In this document: piece by piece, positions 24,034 to 32,000 of the stretch
Numbering within the stretch: position 1 is the first letter of the stretch
Layout: the number at the start of each line of letters is the position of its first letter
NCBI RefSeq assembly: GCF_000018465.1
Contig: NC_010085.1
Coordinates: forward strand, 1,440,001-1,472,000
Length of the DNA stretch: 32,000 nucleotides
Direction of reading: 5' to 3'
Source: Nitrosopumilus maritimus SCM1
Lineage (GTDB): Archaea > Thermoproteota > Nitrososphaeria > Nitrososphaerales > Nitrosopumilaceae
The notes under the pieces: model-generated
Databases searched by the model: none
What the model was told of the DNA's origin: nothing
What the model saw: the letters and a program-made list of their open reading frames with translations, nothing else
Translations under genes and position numbers: made by a program

Positions 24034-25080
24034 ATGGAAGAAAGAGAAGAAACAAGAAAAATACAGTTTACAGGTAAATCATCGTATATAGTTTCACTAC
24101 CAAAACAGTGGATCATGGATTTGGGATTAAAACAAGGTGATCAGATTAGAATGGTAAGAAAAGGCTCATCAACCTTAGAGCTTTATCCTCCAAAATTTGA
24201 ATCACGTAGTCAGAAAAAAGAAGAGGCAATAATTGAAATCAATTCTGAAGAAAAAGCATCATCAATTGTTAGAAAATTAATTTCACTTTATTTTCTGGGA
24301 TTTAAGACAATTAATGTAAAGCCGAAAGATGGGAGATTAAGCCCCATTCAAAGAAACACGGTAAAAGAAGCAGTAAAGCGAATGTTGATGGGTTCTGAAA
24401 TAATTTCAGACTCCACTAGTGGAATTACAGTACAAGTTCTAGTAAATTTGCTAGAATTATCAGTTGATGGAGCATTCAAGAGGATGATTCACTTGGCAAA
24501 ATCAATGTCAAGTGATGCATTACTGGCAGTGAAAGAAAACAATGAGGATTTAGCTCAAGAGGTAATCAACACAGATGACGAAGTAGATAGATTTGGATTC
24601 TACATCATTCGTCAGTTAAAGATAGCAATCCAAAACGAACACATGCTAAAAGAGATGGGCTTTAGAAATCCTAGAAATTGTCTGGGATACAGACTAGTTG
24701 TAAAAAATATAGAGAGAACAGGAGATCACGCGGCATTTATTGCAAAAGATCTCTTGGAATTCAAAAAACCAGTGAAAAAGGAGATTTTGCAGAAATTACA
24801 AGACATGAATGAGTTCTGCTTAGCATCACTGGATGAAGCATGTCTGGCTCTGTTCAAGGAAGACTATGCACAGGCTGAAAGGACCATTGAGAAAACCAAT
24901 GATATTGCAAAATTTGAGAAAAAGGTTAGAGAGGCTTCAAAATCGCTGAAAGATGATGAGGAGATTTACAGGGTCAGAAGAATGACAGAGAATATCAGAA
25001 GGATTTCTGAATATGCCAGCGATATTGCAGAAATTGTCCTCAATATGAACATAGAAAAGGCAATAAAAAAAACGGCATAG
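24034..25080 (+). CDS. PhoU-family phosphate uptake regulator with N-terminal AbrB/SpoVT-type DNA-binding domain
   Basis: 348 aa. The N-terminus RKIQFTGKSSYIVSLPKQWIMDLGLKQGDQI is a swapped-hairpin AbrB-like motif. It is followed by two PhoU-like helical repeats (DDEVDRF..., ERTGDHAAFIAKD, ISEYASDIAE). Confidence 0.85.
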   Translation: MEEREETRKIQFTGKSSYIVSLPKQWIMDLGLKQGDQIRMVRKGSSTLELYPPKFESRSQKKEEAIIEINSEEKASSIVRKLISLYFLGFKTINVKPKDGRLSPIQRNTVKEAVKRMLMGSEIISDSTSGITVQVLVNLLELSVDGAFKRMIHLAKSMSSDALLAVKENNEDLAQEVINTDDEVDRFGFYIIRQLKIAIQNEHMLKEMGFRNPRNCLGYRLVVKNIERTGDHAAFIAKDLLEFKKPVKKEILQKLQDMNEFCLASLDEACLALFKEDYAQAERTIEKTNDIAKFEKKVREASKSLKDDEEIYRVRRMTENIRRISEYASDIAEIVLNMNIEKAIKKTA

Positions 25081-25135
25081 ATTATTGAACAGTTAGAATC
25101 TTTAACTCGAATTATAGTAAAAACATGGAATCAAG

Positions 25136-26251
25136 ATGAAATCAGCAATTCTAATCACATACGATAAGGAAGATGTGATTAATGAGGCAAAAGGGCTTTG
25201 TGATGCAGCAGGATTTCAAGTAGTCCATACAATCAAACAGAAATTTTTGAAGAGACCAAAATACGGCATCAGTGGCGGAATTTTAGAAAGACTAGAAGAG
25301 ATTTCAGAAAAAATTAGGCCAGACGTCATAGTATTTGATGAGGTTCTAAAACCAAGTCAGAACTACAACTTAGCAGCAGCGTTGCATAGAGAAATTTTAG
25401 ATAGAGAAGCATTGATTCTTGAGATTTTTGAAAGTAGAGCATCAAGTGCAGAATCAAAGTTACAAGTAAAGTTAGCTCAGCTAAGATATGAAATGGCCAG
25501 AGCAAAAGAAAAAGTTCGACTTTCAAGTATGGGTGAGCAACCAGGATTCATGGGAATAGGAAAATTCGAAGTTGATGTTTACTATAATGATATCAAACAC
25601 AGGATGAATACTGTTAGATCAAAATTAGAAAAAGCTGGAAAACAAAGAGAATTGCACAGACAGGGAAGAAAAAGAATGGGATTCAAAACAATCTCACTTG
25701 CAGGATACACCTCAGCAGGAAAGACTACCTTGTTTAACATGATGACAGGCGAGACAAGAGACCAGAGTAGTGAGTTGTTTACAACACTTTCAACTACTAC
25801 ACGCAGAGTTTCAATTAATCAGGAGCCATTTTTGATATCAGATACTGTAGGTTTTATCAGTAAATTACCAGCATACATGATTGATGCATTCAAATCAACT
25901 CTAGAAGAACTGGGTCACACAGACATCATTATTGTGGTAATTGACATTGGTGATTCAATATTTGAGTTAAAAAAGAAATTTTCAAGTTGCATGAGAACAC
26001 TAAGTGAATTAGGAGTTGAGAAAGACAGAATGGTATATGCTCTAAACAAATCAGATTTGTTAGAGCATAGTGAAATTGAAGAAAAAATTGAGACACTAAA
26101 TCTAGTAGACAATAAAAAATGGATTCCAGTTTCTGCTAAAACTGGAAAAAATGTAAAACAACTCAAAGAATTGATTGGAGATATTTTGGAGAGTCATAAT
26201 TCTCACAAATTTGGAAAAAAGATAGGAGTTGAAGAGACATTTGGTAATTGA
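25136..26251 (+). CDS. hflX: GTPase HflX
   Basis: 371 aa. It has an HflX N-terminal domain followed by G1 [13 protein letters not shown]3 DTVGF and G4 NKSD. Confidence 0.93.
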
Positions 26252-26774
26252 AGTAGTACGAATTGGGCAGAGATTAGTAAGAGATGATAGAGTTACAACT
26301 CACGTAGCATTAGTTTCAAGAGCATTTGGTGCAGAAAGAATTTTCATGACAGAAATCAATCCAGAAATCAAAGACACGTTAGGAAAAATTAATGATACAT
26401 GGGGAGGCAATTTTGAAATTGAATTCATTGACAGTTGGAAACCAATTGTCAAAAAGAAAAAAGAAGAAGGTTTCAAAATAGTCCACCTTTCAATGTATGG
26501 TGAAAAAATTAATGATGCTCAAGAAGAAATTAGAAAAGAAGAAAATTTGTTAATAGTTGTAGGTGCTGAAAAAGTGCCTAGAGAAATTTACGAGTTGGCC
26601 GATTTCAATGTGGGAGTAGGTAGCCAGCCACATTCAGAGATAAGTGCTCTTGCCATTCTTTTAGATCGTATTCAAGGAGGGCAACAATTTGAGAAAGAAT
26701 TTCCAAATGCAAAACGGAAGATCATACCCACAAAAACAGGCAAAAATGTACAGGTAAAAGAAACAAGGGATTAA
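26229..26774 (+). CDS. trm56: tRNA (cytidine56-2'-O)-methyltransferase aTrm56 (SPOUT)
   Basis: [27 protein letters not shown]...[38 protein letters not shown] matches archaeal Trm56 almost motif for motif. The start is TTG 26229 or, more likely, TTG 26241 (MVIEVVRIG). It overlaps the hflX stop. Confidence 0.88.
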
Positions 26775-26800
26775 TAATAGAAAATCAGGAGAAATTAGAG

Positions 26801-27316
26801 TTGGTAGACAAGTACGAAGATCCTTTTGTTAGAATTGCTTCAATGATTGGAGGAGATGAATATCTCAAAGTAGCTCGTTCATTGCTAAAAGCAGAAGATG
26901 CAACTGATGAAGAGATTGCCAGTTCTACAGGACTTAGAATCAATATGGTAAGAAAAGTTCTCTATGATCTTTTTGGAAAATCACTAATCACAGGTATTAG
27001 AGTAAAAGACGAAAGAAAAGGCTGGTTTGTCTATAGATGGAGAACTAGAAGAGAGGAAGTCGAACACTTTATTGAAAATCAAAAAAAGAAAATCGAGGAG
27101 AGATTACAGCAAAGACTAGATTATGAGAATGCATCTGATTTTTACCACTGCGGAAATGAGGATTGTCCAAGAGTAACGTTTGAGGATGCTCTTGAGGGAA
27201 TGTTCAAGTGTCCTTCATGCGGAAATGTCCTTAATCTAAAAAAGAACGACAAATCAAAGAAAGCATATCAAAAGAAGATTGATGAAATCAAAAAAGATAT
27301 GCAACAAGTGTTCTAA
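26801..27316 (+). CDS. tfe: transcription factor E (TFE alpha, TFIIE-alpha homologue)
   Basis: 171 aa, TTG start. It has a winged helix (DEEIASSTGLRINMVRKVLYDL...WFVYRW) and a zinc ribbon (HCGNEDCPRVTFEDA...FKCPSCG). Confidence 0.9.
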   Translation: MVDKYEDPFVRIASMIGGDEYLKVARSLLKAEDATDEEIASSTGLRINMVRKVLYDLFGKSLITGIRVKDERKGWFVYRWRTRREEVEHFIENQKKKIEERLQQRLDYENASDFYHCGNEDCPRVTFEDALEGMFKCPSCGNVLNLKKNDKSKKAYQKKIDEIKKDMQQVF

Positions 27317-27352
27317 TTAAATTAGTAATAGTACTGAATTTGAGGTTACTAG

Positions 27353-27362
27353 AATAAATAAG
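27353..27362 (+). promoter_or_regulatory. TATA-like box positioned for a leaderless transcript starting at CTG 27383
   Basis: AATAAATAAG lies 21-30 nt upstream of 27383. No comparable A/T box sits 25-30 nt upstream of ATG 27443. Confidence 0.35.
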
Positions 27363-27382
27363 AGGAATAATTCTGACAGATC

Positions 27383-28774
27383 CTGAGTCAAATTACTACA
27401 GTAAACCCTGCAACAGGTGAAGATATCACCACATTTTCAGCAATGGATAAAGATCAGGTATTTGAATTAGTTAGAAAAGCAAAAAGAGCATTTCCTGAAT
27501 GGAAAAAAGATTATGAAAAACGTAGAAGTTACATTTACAATCTAGTTGAGCATTTAAAGAAAAACAAAACAGAGTTGGCAAAAATTGCAACTAAGGAAAT
27601 GGGAAAAGCACTAAAAGAATCAATTGGTGAAGTTGAGAAATGTGCTTGGGCCTTAGAATTTTATGCAGACCATGGAGATAGTTTTCTTTCTGACGAAGTA
27701 CTAAACACAGATGCAAGAAAGAGTTTTCTAACATTTGAACCACTTGGAGTAATTGGTTCTATCATGCCATGGAACTTTCCATATTGGCAAGCTCTAAGAT
27801 TTGCAGCTCCATGTTTGATGGCAGGAAATGTCATTGTGATGAAACCATCTAGAGTCACAATGCAATCAGGAATTGAAATTGAAAAAGCATTTGCAGATGC
27901 AGGAATACCTGACGGAGTATTCTCAACAGTAGTTGGCAGTGTAGATTCTGCAAATCACCTTATTGATTCAGAAGTTAATGCTGTGACATTTACTGGAAGT
28001 ACAAATGCAGGAGCAAAAGTAGGTGAGAGGGCTGCTATGAATCTTAAAAAATGTGTTTTAGAATTGGGTGGAAGTGATCCTTTCATAGTTTTAGATGACG
28101 CTATTATTGAAAAGGCAGCTGATGGTGCAGCAAAAGGCAGATTCATCAATTGTGGCCAAAGTTGTGTAGCCTCAAAAAGATTCTTTGTAGGCAAGAACAT
28201 TGCGGAAGATTTCATTGAATTATTCATCAAAAAGGCATCTGAGCTCAAAGTCGGAGACCCAATGTCAATTGAGACAGATATTGGACCGCTATCAAGCAAA
28301 GATGGATTAGAGACAATTTCTGGAATTGTAGAAGATGCAAAAGCAAAAGGTGCTGAAGTATTACTAGGCGGAGAAGAGATGGATGGAAATGGATATTTCT
28401 ACAAACCAACAATTCTCACAAACATCACACCAGACATGAGAATTGCAAAAGAAGAGACATTTGGACCAGTTGCACCAATAACAATTGTTGAAAATGAAAG
28501 TGATGCAATCAAGATGGCAAATGACAGTGAGTTTGGATTAGGTGCAAGTATTTGGACAAAAGATCTTGCAAAAGCAGATAAAATGTCAAGAAGAATCGAA
28601 TCAGGAATTGTTAGTGTAAACAATGTAGTAATTTCAGATCCAAGAATTCCATTTGGTGGAATAAAACACAGTGGATTTGGAAGAGAATTATCAAGATATG
28701 GAATGTTAGAATTTGTAAATCTAAAATCGGTTAGATTCTATGATAACTTGACACATCATCATTACGTAGAATAA
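27383..28774 (+). CDS. NAD(P)+-dependent aldehyde dehydrogenase (succinate-semialdehyde dehydrogenase-like)
   Basis: It has ALDH motifs: the TVNPATGE N-terminal strand, FPYWQ, FTGST, catalytic LELGGSDP Glu, NCGQSCVASKR Cys, and EETFGP. The conserved N-terminus lies upstream of the first ATG (27443), so the likely initiator is CTG 27383. Confidence 0.88.
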   Translation: MSQITTVNPATGEDITTFSAMDKDQVFELVRKAKRAFPEWKKDYEKRRSYIYNLVEHLKKNKTELAKIATKEMGKALKESIGEVEKCAWALEFYADHGDSFLSDEVLNTDARKSFLTFEPLGVIGSIMPWNFPYWQALRFAAPCLMAGNVIVMKPSRVTMQSGIEIEKAFADAGIPDGVFSTVVGSVDSANHLIDSEVNAVTFTGSTNAGAKVGERAAMNLKKCVLELGGSDPFIVLDDAIIEKAADGAAKGRFINCGQSCVASKRFFVGKNIAEDFIELFIKKASELKVGDPMSIETDIGPLSSKDGLETISGIVEDAKAKGAEVLLGGEEMDGNGYFYKPTILTNITPDMRIAKEETFGPVAPITIVENESDAIKMANDSEFGLGASIWTKDLAKADKMSRRIESGIVSVNNVVISDPRIPFGGIKHSGFGRELSRYGMLEFVNLKSVRFYDNLTHHHYVE

Positions 28775-28779
28775 TTTTT
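28775..28779 (+). terminator. oligo-T tract immediately after the ALDH stop codon
   Basis: TAA (28772-28774) is followed by TTTTT. Archaeal RNAP terminates at oligo-T runs. This is weak evidence in an AT-rich genome. Confidence 0.25.
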
Positions 28780-28915
28780 CATAGTTGAAATTATGAGCAT
28801 CCTTTAAGTATAATTTTAGCGTATTATATGGTGACGAGGACACTCGATGACGTGTTGTTGAGTGAAGATCAAAGAGATCTTGGGAACGCCTTGAGCTTTG
28901 AGATACATTCAGAGT

Positions 28916-29215
28916 TCATGATTCCTCTGGGACAAAGTCCTCGTCAAATTCTTCATCATCTTCTTCATCATCACATTCTTCTAATTCGATATGTGTAGGA
29001 GTTCCATCATCTCCAAAGAAAATTTCGATGCAGATATCAGTAGATAATGTAGAGGCTAAAGTTTCAGCTAATTCTTTTGGAAAATTTCCTAATCTACTTG
29101 GATCAGAGGAATATCGATATTCAGTTACTACATCATCATGATAGAAATCTAACTCGATATCTCCGTTTGCAAATTTTCGTACAGCAACTACTTGACCAAA
29201 TATGCTGTCAGCCAA
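28916..29215 (-). CDS. hypothetical acidic protein
   Basis: 99-aa ORF with a C-terminal acidic tail EECDDEEDDEEFDEDFVPEES. It starts 2 nt after the hemerythrin-like gene stop, so it is likely co-transcribed. Confidence 0.55.
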   Translation of the reverse strand: MADSIFGQVVAVRKFANGDIELDFYHDDVVTEYRYSSDPSRLGNFPKELAETLASTLSTDICIEIFFGDDGTPTHIELEECDDEEDDEEFDEDFVPEES

Positions 29216-29217
29216 GC

Positions 29218-29775
29218 CTACTTTCCTTGTTCAGCAACATCTCGTGTGAGATTTTCAGCAAGATCTTCATAGTGTTGCCTGGATTTTCCTAAATCTTTGA
29301 GTTTGGCAGCTTCAATTTCATTTAATTCCCCATCAACCTTCTGTGCAACATATTGCAATCTAGCTTCTGCCATCATAAACAATCGATTATTTTCTTTCCA
29401 AAGATGTTCAGTAATATGTTCCACATATTGTTTCATATCAGAAATTAATTTTGCAGATTCACCTGAAGAAAGATATTCTTTTGCAGAAGCTTCCATGTTA
29501 GATGCAATTTCTCGAGAACGTTCATGATCTATTAACATCATTGCGATAGGACCCATATTTTTTGGCAATCCAGCTTGTTCTAATGCAGGAAACAAAGAAT
29601 TCTCTTCTTTACTGTGATGACAAACATCTGTAAAGTTTTTTGAAAAATCAATAACAGGAAGTAAGATAGATTCAGGAATTTGTTTATTTTCATTTAATAA
29701 TTGAATTGTAGCATCCATTGCTTTGACAACTTTTTCAATTAACTCATGATCACGTCTTAATGATGCAGTTGACAT
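29218..29775 (-). CDS. hemerythrin-like (HHE cation-binding) domain protein
   Basis: 185 aa. His/Glu ligand pattern: RRDHELIE, VCHHSKEENSLFP, IDHERSRE, HITEHLWKENNRLF. Confidence 0.8.
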   Translation of the reverse strand: MSTASLRRDHELIEKVVKAMDATIQLLNENKQIPESILLPVIDFSKNFTDVCHHSKEENSLFPALEQAGLPKNMGPIAMMLIDHERSREIASNMEASAKEYLSSGESAKLISDMKQYVEHITEHLWKENNRLFMMAEARLQYVAQKVDGELNEIEAAKLKDLGKSRQHYEDLAENLTRDVAEQGK

Positions 29776-29840
29776 GACGAATGTAAATTATTTCTAGTAT
29801 CTATATCTTAGTTTTTTAAAATAATTAAAAGATAGAAAGT

Positions 29841-29860
29841 GTTAACGATTTTTCGTTAAC
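29841..29860 (-). terminator. perfect 7-bp hairpin GTTAACG-N6-CGTTAAC followed by a T-rich run
   Basis: It lies 9 nt downstream of the 29869 gene stop. On the - strand it is followed by ACTTTCTATCTTTTAATTATTTT. It could equally be an operator about 65-85 nt upstream of the hemerythrin-like ATG. Confidence 0.35.
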
Positions 29861-29868
29861 AAGTGGGT

Positions 29869-30123
29869 TTAACGATTAGAAAGTTTTTTTGATTTCACAA
29901 ATGCCCAAATCTTTTTGGTCATTTCACTTGGGGCAATTGGTTTTTTACCAAATATTTGTTCAGCAGTTTCTTTGCGACCTGCAAAACTAATGGCATATCC
30001 ACCAAATGCTGGTTTCTTTGCTTTTGATTTGGTTGCTTTCTTTTTTGGTGCAGCCTTTTTCTTTGGTGCAGCCTTCTTTTTTGTGGTAGTTTTTCTTTTG
30101 GTTGTTTTCTTTTTTACTGCCAA
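29869..30123 (-). CDS. Lys-rich small basic protein with C-terminal half-SWIB/MDM2-like segment
   Basis: 84 aa. The N-terminus is MAVKKKTTKRKTTTKKKAAPKKKAAPKKKATKSKAKK. The C-terminal IFGKKPIAPSEMTKKIWAFVKSKKLSN aligns by eye with the SWIB core (e.g. chlamydial IVGAGPMPRTEIIKKMWDYIKKNGLQD, recalled from memory). Confidence 0.6.
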   Translation of the reverse strand: MAVKKKTTKRKTTTKKKAAPKKKAAPKKKATKSKAKKPAFGGYAISFAGRKETAEQIFGKKPIAPSEMTKKIWAFVKSKKLSNR

Positions 30124-30159
30124 TTTCTTGTAGTTGTATTCGAAATAAAGTATAAGAAC

Positions 30160-30816
30160 TTAGAGCTTTACGTAATGTAAAACTAGATGATTTTTGAGCC
30201 TCTTTACTGATTTGAGTCTGAGATTAGGAGAATGAGAAATTCTGCTAAATCCAGTACCTCGTAAATAGGAAATAGAGTCTTCTCCACCAAGTAAGTAAGG
30301 AGATATCGTTAGTATCATTTCATCAAAGAGATTATGTTTTACAAATTCCCAGTTTACAGTTCCTCCTCCTTCAACCAGTATTGTTTTGATTTTCTTTTTT
30401 GATAGTTTTTTCAACAGTAATTTTAAATTCACAGAATCATTACCGGTACTAATTATTTCAACAGGGAATTTTTCTAGTTTTTCAAGATTTTTTTTAGTAA
30501 TTTTTTTAGATATTGCAATTATCGTTGGAACTTTGTTACTTGATTGAAGAATTTTTGATGTTTTTGAAATAGTACCTTTAGAATCTAAAACAATTCTGAT
30601 AGGGTTTTTTCCTTTAACATGACGAACAGTCAAGAGAGGATTATCACGTGATGCGGTATTTTTTCCAATAAGAATTGCATCTACACTTGAACGTAATTTA
30701 TGAAGTCTTTGAATATCTTTTTGTGATGAAAGTTTTGAATCGTTTGTTTTAGTTGCAATTTTTCCATCAACAGATATTGCTCCACTTAGAATAACATGAG
30801 GTCTAGATTTTTCCAT
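30160..30816 (-). CDS. arfC: 2,5-diamino-6-(ribosylamino)-4(3H)-pyrimidinone 5'-phosphate reductase (archaeal riboflavin pathway, RibD C-domain homologue)
   Basis: 218 aa. SGAISVDGKIATKTNDSKLSS...LHKLRSSVDAILIGKNT...DNPLLTVR...ILVEGGGTVNWEF closely tracks the archaeal MJ0671-type reductase as I recall it. Confidence 0.88.
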   Translation of the reverse strand: MEKSRPHVILSGAISVDGKIATKTNDSKLSSQKDIQRLHKLRSSVDAILIGKNTASRDNPLLTVRHVKGKNPIRIVLDSKGTISKTSKILQSSNKVPTIIAISKKITKKNLEKLEKFPVEIISTGNDSVNLKLLLKKLSKKKIKTILVEGGGTVNWEFVKHNLFDEMILTISPYLLGGEDSISYLRGTGFSRISHSPNLRLKSVKRLKNHLVLHYVKL

Positions 30817-31993
30817 GAACTATTTTACCTCCAATCATTACTGCTTGGATTGCAGATTCAGATGCTCTATGTACAATAGATGCATATGGTTCATGCATTG
30901 GTTCTAAATCTAATGCATGTTTGTTTAGAAATATGCAATCAGCAATTTTTTTGGTTTCAATTACTCCAATGTCTTTTTTTAGTATTTTTCCTCCATTTAC
31001 GGTAGCCATTTTCAAAATTTCTTTAGGATTGATTCTTTTTTTATGAATGCCCATTGTGACTTTCCAAAGATAATCCATTTCTCTGAACATGTCAGGAGAG
31101 TTTATCATAACATTATCTGTGCCTAATCCAAGCGTACAACCGGCCTTTTGCATCAAAGTAATGTCAGGAATTCCTTCAGCCAAAGAAGAATTTGCTCTTG
31201 GGCAAACTACTATTCCTCGAGTTTTTTTTGCAGCTAGATGAAGATCACTGTTTGATGCATGAGTCATATGAATAAGAAAATGAGGTTTCATGGACAATGC
31301 ACGAATCACTTCAGATTTTCTAGTCATCTTTTTAGATCTTGAAACGCTCTGTTTTGTTTCAGCAGAATGAATTGCTCGAATCTTTGATGTCTTTGAGTAA
31401 TGATTCAATGTTGAAGTACTGTTCTCATTTGCACCACTAACTCCAATACCATCACATTTTTGAAGAATTAGAGGCAATTCCTTGGCTTTTTCTTTAGGAA
31501 TGGGGAGATTTTTTTTGATTTCAGTTGAATTTTGGTAGAAATTAACCCTACCCAAAATAATTGATCGGATTGGAATTTCAGATAATGTTTTTTTCAACAA
31601 GATAACACCATCTAAACCCCCTTCTCTAAAATCAACAAAGGTGGTTATTCCTTTTCTAATCATAGAATGACATGTATTTTTCATAAAATTAGACAAATTT
31701 TCAGGAGGAGTGTTTTTTAGAATTTTTGACTTTGCCCCAAAAACAGGATGTATTTTTTTATCTACAGAACTTTCTAGAGTGACATCTTTTCCAATTGAAT
31801 CACCTATGTGTGTATGTGCATTGATAAATCCTGGGATCAATAAAAGATCTTCACAGTCAATAGAATCCTCTTTACCACTTGGTTTAATGTTAGGTTGAAT
31901 TCGTTTGAATCTACCATCTTGAATTTGTACATTTGTTTTTGAAACAAATTCTAATTCTTTTCCTAAAAGGAGACTAATGTTCTTGATTAACAT
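30803..31993 (-). CDS. amidohydrolase-superfamily deaminase (COG0402 / ATZ-TRZ / guanine-, SAH-deaminase-like)
   Basis: 396 aa. Metal and catalytic motifs occur in the canonical order: PGFINAHTH (HxH), IHSAETK (H-x-x-E), HMTH, LGTDN (Asp). It overlaps the arfC start by 14 nt. Its ATG at 31993 is 7 nt from the window edge. Confidence 0.85.
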   Translation of the reverse strand: MLIKNISLLLGKELEFVSKTNVQIQDGRFKRIQPNIKPSGKEDSIDCEDLLLIPGFINAHTHIGDSIGKDVTLESSVDKKIHPVFGAKSKILKNTPPENLSNFMKNTCHSMIRKGITTFVDFREGGLDGVILLKKTLSEIPIRSIILGRVNFYQNSTEIKKNLPIPKEKAKELPLILQKCDGIGVSGANENSTSTLNHYSKTSKIRAIHSAETKQSVSRSKKMTRKSEVIRALSMKPHFLIHMTHASNSDLHLAAKKTRGIVVCPRANSSLAEGIPDITLMQKAGCTLGLGTDNVMINSPDMFREMDYLWKVTMGIHKKRINPKEILKMATVNGGKILKKDIGVIETKKIADCIFLNKHALDLEPMHEPYASIVHRASESAIQAVMIGGKIVHGKI

Positions 31994-32000
31994 GATAATT

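Noticed and set aside
28828-28915. C/D-box sRNA in the GC-rich convergent spacer
   Set aside because: I looked on both strands for RUGAUGA...CUGA with a 50-70-nt spacing. Only degenerate UGAnGA elements are present and there is no properly placed CUGA D box. I kept it only as a generic ncRNA candidate.
29915-30133. 72-aa plus-strand ORF rich in poly-Phe
   Set aside because: It is the reverse-complement mirror of the AAA/AAG (Lys) codon runs of the 29869-30123 gene. The minus-strand reading has a SWIB-like conserved segment.

Overview
The window reads as a compact, low-GC (about one-third G+C by eye) archaeal chromosome segment. It is most consistent with a Nitrosopumilus-like thaumarchaeon. 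Archaeal markers present are thermosome, TFE, L44e/S27e, NAC, aTrm56, CobY and an ArfC-type riboflavin reductase. I support about 44 protein-coding genes. Many are coupled by ATGA overlaps, including a five-gene cobalamin late-pathway operon (cobD, cobQ-like, cbiB, cobS, cobY). I recognised no rRNA, tRNA, CRISPR array, transposase or integrase. Across at least 10 transcription units an A/T-rich TATA-like box is centred about 25-30 nt upstream of the start codon, which suggests leaderless mRNAs. I used that geometry as independent evidence for start-site calls. The least ordinary content is as follows. (1) A six-gene block of unassignable ORFs lies at 14.5-19.0 kb and is bracketed by two inverted Trp-rich paralogues. 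It contains a 581-aa acidic protein whose core is built from base-perfect, nested 108-bp and 87-bp tandem modules. (2) A deaminase-type amidohydrolase is translationally coupled to the archaeal riboflavin pyrimidine reductase. This makes it a candidate for the archaeal deaminase step that, to my knowledge, has no assigned gene. (3) A CobQ homologue lacks its glutamine-amidotransferase domain. (4) Two genes (Lrp/AsnC, ALDH) have conserved N-termini encoded upstream of any ATG/GTG/TTG codon. (5) A lysine-rich small protein ends in half of a SWIB/MDM2-like domain. All family names come from motif recognition by eye and memory. No database search, HMM scan, GC calculation or RNA folding was run.
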